From contig NC_069006.1 of the NCBI RefSeq assembly GCF_001194135.2, positions 3,661,744 to 3,725,743 on the forward strand: DNA of 64,000 nt, written 5' to 3'. The position numbers were made by a program, and so were the translations under genes. Shown piece after piece: positions 26,901 through 39,748 of this stretch. A model generated the notes under the pieces. It saw only the letters and a program-made list of their open reading frames with translations. It was not told the DNA's origin and did not search any database. Each line of letters opens with the position of its first letter. Position 1 is the stretch's first letter. The stretch comes from Octopus bimaculoides (lineage: Eukaryota).

Positions 26901-29900
26901 TGTCGTACATAGACACGTACGGGCCATAGGCATCGAGGTAGAACTCGCTTTTCTTTTCGTCCCCAGATTTTTCTTTTTCAGATTTTTCCTTGTCTGACTT
27001 TTCCGTTTTCTCCATACTTTCAGATTTGTCGGATTTCTCAGTCTTTTCCGATCGATCAGATTTATCCGATCTGTCCTTCTCAGACCTTTCTGGTTTCTCT
27101 TTATCAGATTTATCAGGTTTATCTGGCTTGTCTTTGTCAGGTTTCTCCTGTTTATCTTTATCAGGCTTTCCTTTATCTGGTTTTTCCTTCTCTGGTTTGT
27201 CTTTATCAGTTTTATCTTTATCTGATTTCTCTTTTTCTTTTTCAGACTTTTCCTTTTCGGATTTTTCAACTTTCTCGGATTTTTCCTTCTCCGACTTCTC
27301 TTTATCACTTTTCTCTCGTTCAACTTTCTCCTTCTCTCCTTTCTCACACTTGTCAGACTTTTCACTTTTCGAGTCTTTCTCCGACTTCTCAAAGCGTTCG
27401 GTTTTGTCCTTTTCCTGTTTCTCGGATTTTTCACATTTTTCCTTTTCACTCTTTTTCCTATCGGAGCTCAAACGAGTGCTGTCTTTCCGACTGCGTTCCG
27501 ATGCACTTCGATTGCTTTTCTCCGATTTGTGATGAGTCTTGCAAGATTTTGTTGAATCTGCTTCAGATTTCGTTTGGTCATGTTTATGGTGAGACTTGCT
27601 ACTTGACTTTGGAGTGGATTCACTCTCAACTTTCTCACTCTCGTGTTTATGGTGAGATTTACTTGGTTTCAAGTTGTCAGCTTCACTTTTATCGTGTTCA
27701 CTTTTACTAGACTTAGATTTGCTAGAGTCTACCTCTTGTTTCTCCTGACTGTCGACAGATTTATGATGAGATTTTGCTAACGGCTTACCTGCTTCGTTCT
27801 CCGACTTGTCACTGCCATCAGACTTGTGATGTGATTTTGTCGTCTTAGAAAGCTCAGGTTCAGTTTTATCAGACTCTGCCTTGTGATGATATTTAGTGGC
27901 TTTTGACTGATTCTCATTGTCTGGCTCACTACGCTGTTGGCTCTTGCTAGATTTTGCAGCATCACTTTTGACACCATCACCTCTCTCTTTCTCTTCTTTA
28001 TCCTCTTCAGATTTCCTGTGGGACTTTACAGATTTTAATGGAGTGTCACTTTCTGCTTTGTCGTTTTCTGTTTTGTGACTCGTTCGTCCATTTTTTGAAG
28101 CGTCACCTTCACCGCTTTTGTCCTCGCTTTTGCTTTTCGATCGACTTTCAGTTTTCGACTTGGAGGATTTCTCTCTCTTGTGACACTCTTTCACCTCCGA
28201 CTCACTTTTGCTGCTCTCTTTACGTTCTTTCTCGACTTTACCCTCAATGCTCTTTGAACGGTTTTTGTCTCTTTTTTCTGACTTCTCGTGTTTCTTTTCA
28301 GAGTGTGTCGCCTTTGCTTTGCTCTTTTCCTCAACTTCATTTCCCCCGCAATCTTTGTTATTGGATTTACACTTATCAGAAGAGCGCTCGCACTCCTTCT
28401 CAGTTTTCACACTGCTTTTCGACTCCTTTTTCTGAGAAGTGGACTCGGCTGATTTTTTCTCCTCTTTCCTGTCAACTTCATTTGTTTCTTTCTTCTCCGT
28501 CTTTTCCCGACTTGGTAACTTAACCAATTTCTTTTCTGGTGACTTGCTCGGTTTATTTAGAGAGCTTGATGACACCTTCTTGTCGCCGTCATCTTTAACT
28601 TTGCTAGAATCACTGTGTTTTGCTTTCTTTCTGTGCTGCTGCACGGGAGTGGTCACTGGCTGTCCTTGAGCCATCAGTGGTTGAGGTTGAGTGGGAGTTT
28701 GACTTTCCTCTTTGATGAGTTGTTTCTCAACAGTTTCACTTCTCACAACTTCGGTTAGTTTTGAGGAAGGACAGTTTTTTGGTTCGATTTTCATCATCTT
28801 ATTCCTGACAGCATCAAATTCCTCACAAGATTTCCTTTTACCTAAACAGGAAACAGAGGACGTGGACGGTATAGAAACAGGACTAGGGACAACATCCCTT
28901 TTCTCTTTTGCATCAAATTCACTGGTTTCTTCCAGCTTGAGATCTTTCTTTGGTGGTATCCAGTCAGCACCCTCCTTCTTGACTTCAATACCTAAAGGGC
29001 CTGTTGCCTCCTTCTTGACCACAATATCAGGGGTATGGTAAGATGGACTGACCACAGGACTAGTAGAGCCAACCAGAGAGCTTTCTGCAGTGGATTTTAC
29101 AGAAAGTGAACTAAATTCAACTGGTGATGAGGTGGATGTTGAAGGTAACACTTGAGAAGGATCCTCATTTTTGACAGACAAATCAGTTGTGCTGGAGGTA
29201 ACCAAGTGTTTTTTCATTGAAGGAAATGTATCAGCTGGTGATTTGGTAGGGGAGCTGTTAGCAACTGCAGAATTTGACCAGAATTGTGGGGTACTGGTGG
29301 TGGTGGTGGTGGAGGTGGAAGAGGAGGTGGTGTTGGTGGTTGTGGTAGTTATGGTGGTAGTGGTGGTGGTGGTAGTAGTGGCGGTGACACCTATCACAGG
29401 ATGCTGGGGATAAACACCAGGAATGAAGTGTGGGTAGGGGGAAGAGACGTTCAACGTTGATACAAATGGATTATAAAGAGGGCTGAAGTTCTGGGGCATT
29501 GTTGGGGGCATTTCTTTGGCAGCTGCTTTTGTACGGATGTTCATCTTGGGGGGAGAGTCCTCCATGTTGATGGTGATCTCCTTCGGTTCATATTTCTCAT
29601 TTATCTGCTCCAAGCGTTTAGAGTCTTGGTCAAATATACTGGACCGTGACAGTAGAGATTTCACAATATCAGATGGTTCACTGCGTAAATTAGAAGATAA
29701 AACACCAGATCCACTTAAAGAAGATTCCTTTTTTTTAATCTTATATTTGCCGTATAATCCAGGTGTTGAGGTGTCAACTGGCCGAGGAACTGGTGCCATA
29801 TTTAGTTTTTTGTCTAACTGACGGATTTTTTCATCCAAAGAAGAACAGCTAAGTTCACTCAAGCTGTCAGATAAATTATCTTCAGCATCTGGATTGGGGA

Positions 29901-32900
29901 TCATGGACTTAGAGCCACTGGAACTGGCAGCTAGGTCCTTGCTCAGCTGGTCCTCTTCCTTTTGGTCCTGCAATGCTAAACCTGACTCGGGTAAATTTGA
30001 ATTAGCCGTATCATGAGAAATATCAGACAGTGAACCGGCAGGAGACATGACCGGGGACTGCGATTTGCTACTGCTCTGTGGCGAGAAACAAGGTGAACGA
30101 ACTTTAGGTCCCGCAGGCATCGGTGGTGGTGAAGGACATAGCTGTGGAGACTCCATAGGAGAAGCATTATGCTTCAATGCAAACCGAGGCAATGGTAAAG
30201 AAAGAGGTTCCTCTTTCTTTATTTCATGCCGAGGGTCTTGAATAATCTCATCAACTGACATCTCCTTCTTGATGATTTTAGTGCCAGACTCAGAATTGTC
30301 TTTCGACGTTATCATGTGGACCATTTTATATTCTCTGGATTCTTTGTGACTGGATTCCGTAGAATCTCGATTGTGTTCTGAATGCCTGGATTGTTCTTTA
30401 AACCGACCAATTACAGTGGAAAGTTCATCTTTGCCCGCTTCTCGACTTGACCGCCGTACTGTACTTTCATCAACTTCCATTGACTTATGGTCTTTCTCAT
30501 CATCACTGCTGACTGCACCACTTCTTTTCATTCGATAGAATCTGCCGCTGCGGACACCAGATACCACTTCGTCCCCTTCCAATTTCTTTTTACGTTTAGG
30601 CTTAAATGACGTCAAAATGACGGTCGGCGACGTAATAGTCAATTCCTCCTCTCCCTCGCTATCCATTCCATCAAGCATCACAACTTTCTCAGCAACCTTT
30701 TTCGGTTTTGAAATCGATTCTCCTTGGGTTTGTTCCAGTAGTCGCCGAGCTTCCATTTGTTTGCGAAAACTCTGTGACGGTTCTAGTTTACGTTTCTCTT
30801 TGCTGTGTAACTCTGCCGCTAACCCATGCCGTAAACTGCCGAGAAGAGACTCGTCTGGTCGAATCTTTCGCGGCACAATACGGCCACGGCCGTCATCACG
30901 CAGTTCGTCATGCGTTGAGGATTCATTGTCACTCGTGCTGCCAGCATCCTCAAGTTGCTTCAGCTTCTCAAGCAGCAATCGTTTCTCTCGATGAAGATGG
31001 CCAAGATCAGTTTCTGTGAACGAGCCATGATCAGAGTCATCATGGGCACTAGAATGACTAGAGCCAGTGTGACTCGGATCTAACAACTTGTGTCGGCTCA
31101 TTCGACGCTTTTCGTGATGTAGTTCTTCCACCTTTTTTAGTAGCACCTGGTGTCTGTCCTGGATTAGTGATTCAACCAACCGACTTGAAGATGGTTGTTG
31201 AGATTTGTGGAGTCGCGACGACAGTATATCATGCTTGCTATCATCAAATTCTCGACTCTTCTTACGTGCTGATGTCAACTCGGACCGCAATCGCTCGCTT
31301 TCCCCTTTTACATAAGATATTGCAGGGTTCCCAAGACACTTCACACTGTAAACTTTCTCGTGCTCTACGGCTCGAAGAGATTCAATCTTATCGTCTGTTC
31401 TGCACATTTTTTTAATATCTCCTGTCCGTTCAAACTCGTCGAACGGACTAATTGGTCGAATTTTTGAATAAATGGGTGGTTCCTCCTCTGTGGGTGTTGG
31501 TGGGGTCTGCGGTGTCTGGGGAGATTTGGGTCGGAAAACCGAATCTTTTCTCCTCTCTCTGAGGGGCGTCCGGCTTCGACTCCGACTTTCTGTCCGACTC
31601 CCACTTTTACTCCGACTACGGCTTTTACTTCTTCGCCTCACCGGAGAATGTCTGTAAGGAAAGTCTAAAGTAGTCGGGCTGTGGTCCCGAGATGACTGCT
31701 TCAACCGATTTTCTGTTCGTGAAGAATACTTTATTTTTGATGACGTTGAGTGTCTGTCTGAGATTTCTAAAGAGTGGTGGTCAAGCCAGGAGTCATCACG
31801 CCCCCCAGTATCACTCACTGCACTATCACTGCTATAATATTCATACCGGTCTTTACTGAAACTTTCGTCATAACGACTGCCTCGACTTGACTCCTTGTCT
31901 AAATTCGAATGTCGGTCTTCCCGATAAGGACTATGGTAACGACGCGGTGGAGTAACATTGCCCCGTTCTCGTCTTTCCCTTTGACTATAACCATATTCTC
32001 TCAATTCCTGCTCATAGGAATCCTCTTCAGTGAAAGGAGGAGCACTGCCTTGGCTGTACTCATCTATGTGCCTACAAAATATAAAGAATATATAAAAATC
32101 AGAACAGTTTGCAAATAAAGATCACAACAACTACGACAACTACAACAACATTCAGAGTAAATTTGAGCATTTTTGACAAATGTTAGTTTTCTAAGACTGT
32201 GGGGAAACGGTAAATCTTTGACATCACACCTTAGTGATTGATTAGATCAGGGGTTTAACAAGAGTTAAATAGGGGTTAGGACAATAGTGATTGATTAGAT
32301 CAGGGGTTTAACAATAGTTAAATAGGGGTTAGGACAATAGTGATTGATTAGATCAGGGGTTTAACAAGAGTTAAANNNNNNNNNNNNNNNNNNNNNNNNN
32401 NNNNNNNNNNNNNNNNNNNNNNNNNNNNNNNNNNNNNNNNNNNNNNNNNNNNNNNNNNNNNNNNNNNNNNNNNNNNNNNNNNNNNNNNNNNNNNNNNNNN
32501 NNNNNNNNNNNNNNNNNNNNNNNNNNNNNNNNNNNNNNNNNNNNNNNNNNNNNNNNNNNNNNNNNNNNNNNNNNNNNNNNNNNNNNNNNNNNNNNNNNNN
32601 NNNNNNNNNNNNNNNNNNNNNNNNNNNNNNNNNNNNNNNNNNNNNNNNNNNNNNNNNNNNNNNNNNNNNNNNNNNNNNNNNNNNNNNNNNNNNNNNNNNN
32701 NNNNNNNNNNNNNNNNNNNNNNNNNNNNNNNNNNNNNNNNNNNNNNNNNNNNNNNNNNNNNNNNNNNNNNNNNNNNNNNNNNNNNNNNNNNNNNNNNNNN
32801 NNNNNNNNNNNNNNNNNNNNNNNNNNNNNNNNNNNNNNNNNNNNNNNNNNNNNNNNNNNNNNNNNNNNNNNNNNNNNNNNNNNNNNNNNNNNNNNNNNNN

Positions 32901-35900
32901 NNNNNNNNNNNNNNNNNNNNNNNNNNNTTAGTGATTGATTAGATCAGGGGTTTAACAAGAGTTAAATAGGGGTTAGGACAATAGTGATTGATTAGATCAG
33001 GGGTTTAACAAGAGTTAAATAGGGGTTAGGACAATAGTGATTGATTAGATCAGGGGTTTAACCAATTACCCCAAAATATATTTATTTGTGCCAATGTTAC
33101 CCCCTTGATTTGAAAGGAAGAAAATCATAGATTCTTTGAATTCAAAAAGTTTATTGAATCTATTTATATGGAGAATACAATTATAAATATAAAAACTATT
33201 AAAAAAATGTGATAAAATAAATATCACTATGAAGCAAAAGGATTTTCCTAGAAACTTTTCCACTTCAGGTTTCGGAGAAACGAGCTTTCATTTTTGTTAC
33301 AATTACATCAAAATTGGAGCATTTTGATGTCAAAGCAATTTGGATACAGTCTTTGTGGTCCAATCAATTACTCTGCTTTGTTTGTATGTTCATTAGAGTG
33401 GAAAATCCTTGTTTGCAAAAGGCAGCAACTTTTTGACTGTTTCCTCATGCCAGAAGAAAAATTTTCTGTTGTAACAAGGAACATGTTTTTAATATAATCT
33501 TACTTTATCCCCAAGAATTTCATTTTTACCTCACCTAGGGTAATTTACCCCGGTTCGCCAAACCCTGGATTAGATAATAATGGCGATTGGTTGAATGATG
33601 ATAACTAATGAGATGACAATGGCAGTTGATTAAATGACAATGACAATTAATTCGATAGACAACTTGATTGATAAGATAATGATGAAGATTAATTGACGAC
33701 GATTAATTAGATGCTAAAAATGATTGGTTATATAGACAACTTGATTCATAATGATAAAATATTAGATGACAGTGAAGATAGATTAAATGATGCTGAAGAC
33801 TGAGGAGTGAATAAATCTATAAATTAAAAAAAATTTTTTTTTTTTCAAGTTTTTGGCTGACATTTTTAGATAATTCAACTTACCTTTGCCTTTGNNNNNN
33901 NNNNNNNNNNNNNNNNNNNNNNNNNNNNNNNNNNNNNNNNNNNNNNNNNNNNNNNNNNNNNNNNNNNNNNNNNNNNNNNNNNNNNNNNNNNNNNNNNNNN
34001 NNNNNNNNNNNNNNNNNNNNNNNNNNNNNNNNNNNNNNNNNNNNNNNNNNNNNNNNNNNNNNNNNNNNNNNNNNNNNNNNNNNNNNNNNNNNNNNNNNNN
34101 NNNNNNNNNNNNNNNNNNNNNNNNNNNNNNNNNNNNNNNNNNNNNNNNNNNNNNNNNNNNNNNNNNNNNNNNNNNNNNNNNNNNNNNNNNNNNNNNNNNN
34201 NNNNNNNNNNNNNNNNNNNNNNNNNNNNNNNNNNNNNNNNNNNNNNNNNNNNNNNNNNNNNNNNNNNNNNNNNNNNNNNNNNAAGTATCCAATTTAGAAA
34301 TTAACTTTAACCCTTTACTATTTAAACTGGCAATATCCAACCCCAATATTCTACCTGTTTTGTGTTTAAACTGGCCAGATTTGGCCTCTCACACCAAACT
34401 TACATCATCATTTAACGTCCGCTTTCCATGCTAGCATGGGTTGGACGATTTGACTGGGGACTGGCAAACCAGTTGGCTACACCAGGCTCCAGTCTAATCT
34501 GGCAGAGTTTCTACAGCTGGATGCCCTTCCTAACACCAACCACTCCGAAAGTGTAGTGGGTGCTTGTAAATCATCCTCCTCATCATCATCATCATACAGC
34601 CATTTTCCATGCTGGCATAGATTGGACAGTTTGACCGAAGCTGGTAAGCCAGAGAGTTGCACCAGGTTCCTTAGTCTGTTTTGCCTTTGTTTCTACAGCT
34701 GGATGCCCTTCCTAACTCCAACCATTCCACAGAGTTGTTGGCATGGGTGCCTTATTATGTCTCATTAGCACTGGTGCATTTTACATCTCACCGACACGGG
34801 TGCCTTTTACAAGTACGGGTGCCCTTTACATGTCATTGGTATGAGTGCCTTTTACACATTACCACTAAAATCTCAAAGCTACGAGACAAACCATGATTAC
34901 TTCAAAGCAATATGAATAAATAAACGTGATATGTGATGGAGTAATCTGAATATTAAAGGGTTAAGCAAGAAAGTAAAACAGAACTACTTGTACAGAAATG
35001 AATCCAGTCTTTACCGTGCAGTGTCTTCTTTGTAAGCAGACGGCGTTGCCGGTGAATCGTAATATTCAAAGCTTGTTCCTCTGTTGTGTCTATATAAGCG
35101 ACCACCTCGCTCATCTGGACGTTCTCCAGGCTGCAACTGGCCAGTCCGTTCCATTTTCTCAAAAAATGCTGTTTGACAATCTCGACTTGCAAAATCAATC
35201 TACAAACAAAAGCATAAAAACGTTGTGCTTAGAGTTAAAAGCCTAATGGGTTTTTCTCTCTGGTTTTAAAACACAAGTGAAATATCTTTAAAGAGGAAAA
35301 ATTCCTAATGAATCCAGTAAAAACTGTAAATAATGAAAAATGAACCGTTAAGCATACAAAGCATCATAGAATTAATTGATTTTAATTACAAAGAAACCAG
35401 AAGAGTCTCTTGCTGATTGCACCAATAAGAACCCTACCATATTATACCACGACCCACCAGCATTTAGCAGTTTTAATCGTTAAAGAGAATTCACATTTTC
35501 CTCAAATTTAATCACAAAATACAAAATACGCAAATTTAGTATAATTTCAAATGTTAATTAAAGCGTAAATTGAAGCATAATTTATATTAAAATGTTAGCA
35601 GCTGAGTTAGAAACCAATGACAAAAAAAAATAATAATAAATAAAATGAAAAAAAAAAATGATGTTAAACTGTATTTCAATAAATTTTGTGAATAAATCAA
35701 AAATAAGGGAAGAAGTTAAACTAATTTTAGGAAAGTGAATTCCCCAAAACAACCAGGCCAGTTTAATTAAATTACAGCACCAGTACAGACTATAGTCTAA
35801 ATGCCAGTATTCAATGTTTCGATATCAACAAATTTACAAGGATCTGTAATACATAAAGTTTGGGCCTCATTGCTTCAAAGAAACACAGAAATAAAGATAT

Positions 35901-38484
35901 AAAATAGGAAAATGAAGAAAAATTTAAATAAGAGTTGAGCATCAGGTAAGTAACTATTACTTTTGGTAAGTAACAATTACTTTTCAATGAATTTGGAATA
36001 AAGAGAGAAAGTGGTTGCAAGAGAGAAAAGATATTTTCAGGCACAGACTTGTTTTTTTTTTTTTATCTGTATGTCTTGCTCGGTGTGTATATTTTTAGCT
36101 TTTTCAATACTTAATCTATAATTCTATTCTATGCACAGATAAAAGGGAGTTCCTTAGTGACAGCCAGATAATCTTCTAAACAGAAATACTACATTATCTT
36201 GGCTGTAGATAACATACTATGAGCAATACTATGTGACAATCTGAGCAGTACTACGTAATAATATAAGCAGTACTATATAACAGTATCAACTGCACAATGT
36301 AACAATCAGAGCAGTACTATATAATGATATGAGCACTACTATGTAATAATATCAGCAGTACTACATAATGCGAGCAGTAAGTACTATATAACAATCAGAA
36401 AGCAAATAAACAATGAGATATATTTAGTAGCAAAAAATCTACTAGCTAACAGCTGAAGTACTCTACAACATATAAAAGAAGATATATATATATATATATA
36501 TANNNNNNNNNNNNNNNNNNNNNNNNNNNNNNNNNNNNNNNNNNNNNNNNNNNNNNNNNNNNNNNNNNNNNNNNNNNNNNNNNNNNNNNNNNNNNNNNNN
36601 NNNNNNNNNNNNNNNNNNNNNNNNNNNNTATATATGAACATATATGCAAAGAATATTTACATATAAAAAAGGCATAGTTGAAAAACATTCTAGAAGATTC
36701 ATTGGGAACTGAACTCAGGTAAGGATACCAGACAAACAGGTAACTCAGAGGTGGAGATGGAGGGGAAACAAGAACAATTTAGTCTCCTTCATCAGTTTAT
36801 TTTCAGATTAGATAAAACTTATGGGAAACCATTCAAATCAAATTTAAAGAAAAAATATCTTTCAGAAATCTATAGATATCATAAATGTAAGCAACAAAGA
36901 TATTTGTAGTTTAATTAAAAGAAAATAAAACCCACAAATATGTCTTTTATTTTACTTTTAAAATGCTATAGAATACAAAATTTGTTTGAAGTTTTTTTCT
37001 TTTCCCTCTTAAAGTTTTTCTCTTTCTTAATGAACTTAAAATGTTAATTATTCTTAAGTTAATCAAGAGAAAGGGGAAAAAATACAGTAAAACAATACAA
37101 ATGTTTCTCTATCAAGTGCTACTGACTGGGGAAAACAATAATAATTGTAACAAAAGGTAAACTGCAAGGAATCCATTGTTGTCCTCAAGTGTTTGGTAAT
37201 ATCATGCCACTGCCATTGTCGTTAAAGATTATGTAATATAAGAGCTTATCTAAGACATTTCTGTTAAAGGCAGGTCTTGAACATATATCTGTATATATTG
37301 AAGAGACAGAATGGCAGGCAAAGAAAGCAATCAGCAGAAAAGAGATGCTTGTAAAACACTTGAGCCTGGTGACACTTTGTGAAAAGTTGTTAATAAGAAA
37401 ATAGCAGCTTGAGACTGAGATAGGGGTAGGGGAAAAGGGGAGAGCCATTCAGATCAGGGTTGGACAACGAAGTTTTTTTTTTTTTTTTTTTTTTNNNNNN
37501 NNNNNNNNNNNNNNNNNNNNNNNNNNNNNNNNNNNNNNNNNNNNNNNNNNNNNNNNNNNNNNNNNNNNNNNNNNNNNNNNNNNNNNNNNNNNNNNNNNNN
37601 NNNNNNNNNNNNNNNNNNNNNNNNNNNNNNNNNNNNNNNNNNNNNNNNNNNNNNNNNNNNNNNNNNNNNNNNNNNNNNNNNNNNNNNNNNNNNNNNNNNN
37701 NNNNNNNNNNNNNNNNNNNNNNNNNNNNNNNNNNNNNNNNNNNNNNNNNNNNNNNNNNNNNNNNNNNNNNNNNNNNNNNNNNNNNNNNNNNNNNNNNNNN
37801 NNNNNNNNNNNNNNNNNNNNNNNNNNNNNNNNNNNNNNNNNNNNNNNNNNNNNNNTATATATACATACATGTGTGTGTATATATATGTGTGTATGCATCA
37901 TATATGCCTGTAAGTATGAGTGTGTACGCATATTAAAATTTTTCAGTGCAAGTTAAGTTATATACATATATATATACAGATATATATATGTAATGTATAT
38001 ATACATACATACACACACACACGCACATATATACATATACACATATACGTATACATATATACACGTATATAAGTATACACATATATATGTATAACATATA
38101 TAATATATATACACACACACATATATATACACATATATAGATATATATATATATATAGATATATATATATATATTTATTGTTCATTCACATATACCTCCA
38201 ACTAAATAAGGACACAAAATTGATATTAACTTACATTGAGATGTCCATCAAGTCTAAAGTCACCAGTCTACAAAGATCCATCAAAGGGAAAAAATGCTAA
38301 CTCTCAGAAATCGTAGTAAGGTTTAATGAGATTAATCAAGATATTAGCAAATATCAGTGAACAAAGTTGTAGTGGGAGGAGGGTGAAAAGGGAGAGGGGT
38401 AGGGAGAAGGGGACAATTTTTTTTTTTTTAGCGCAACGGAGTAAGGACTCAAAGTGGGGGGTATCCCATACGGCAAGAGAAGCA

Positions 38485-38528
<44 letters not shown>

Positions 38529-39709
38529 TTATAATAATAAAAAGAAAGAAGAAAAGAGTTTATTTGGGGAATTTTGTTTTACAGTAAAACAATAATTTTC
38601 GTTTCTACATTAATACCCTCAGAATGGAAGTAGTAAGGGCAAATAGGAGAGGGAAAAGATTTTAAAACATACAAAATAAAAAAAAATTGTGGTACTTATT
38701 TTATCAACCCAAGACAAGGTTTAAAGGGAATCCCTTCACCCAATCCCACAAAAAGACTAACACTCAAACTACAGAACAAGTGACAAGATATTGGCACTGT
38801 AAGCATTTGGTAAACATGCCACTCTAAAACCAGATGCCACATGGATCACCTAAGTAAGTGCACAACATTTTCAAATGTTTTTTTATTAAACATTTTTTAT
38901 CATGAAATTATATAGATTAATTATTTTCTTCAGTTAAAAAAGAAATTTGATTTCATTTTGAAAACCTTAGGTGAACACAATTCTACCTTGTGTGCATGAG
39001 CATATTTTGTGTGCACTTGTCCTATAATGAATGCATGTGCACAAGTGCACAGCATACCAAGTGCTTTGGTTGTTAAGTAAAATTTATGCCCTGAACACAG
39101 CAATCCACAGCACAAAATTTGAATAAAATCTCAAAACTTACATGCACAAAAATATATATATACAATGATGTGCCGTCTGTAGATGTGTACACATGTACAC
39201 AATCTGCAACATATTGCCTGTTTAATAATTAACTCAGGGAAGTAAAACCCAGACAAAATAATTCTGATGGACATATAAGGTGTGCATATGTGTTTTTGTG
39301 AATGTGGATGTATGTGAAAGGGATAGAAACAAATAGACAGACAGACAGACAGATAGATAGAAGGAGAGAGTGTTTTAAAGCAGTTTTCTGTTTGTTTTTA
39401 ATTCATTTCAGAGAAACTGTTAACTAGCTAACTATGTACGGACATACTGTGACATCTGCCTCCATTCATATACAATGACTAACAAACATGAACCAACATG
39501 GTCAGAGTCGTTTTATTATGGCAGGATGAATGAGGCAGAGAGGAGAGGGGAAGTAATTTCCCAGTCAGCAAACTCTGCAATAATGGCCTCAGAGAAAGAA
39601 ATGGTCTAAACATACTGTTGCTCTCTCTCTCTCTCTATTCCAGTCAGGTGAATTATACAAGATGGTGAACTTAATTAATAAGGATGTGTAAGAAGTCTAA
39701 CAAAATAAA

Positions 39710-39748
<39 letters not shown>

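Noticed and set aside
28951-28970. DWIP as an RBPJ/CSL-binding hydrophobic-W-hydrophobic-P motif
   Set aside because: First position is Asp, not hydrophobic; single weak match.
19199-31657. Many plus-strand and alternative-frame ORFs inside the giant exon (e.g. 19199..20164, 26990..27532)
   Set aside because: Antisense or shifted shadows of low-complexity spen coding sequence; no domain features or independent splice structure.
32232-33061. 53-bp direct repeats as a CRISPR array
   Set aside because: Units are head-to-tail with no unique spacers, there are no cas genes, and the context is a eukaryotic intron.
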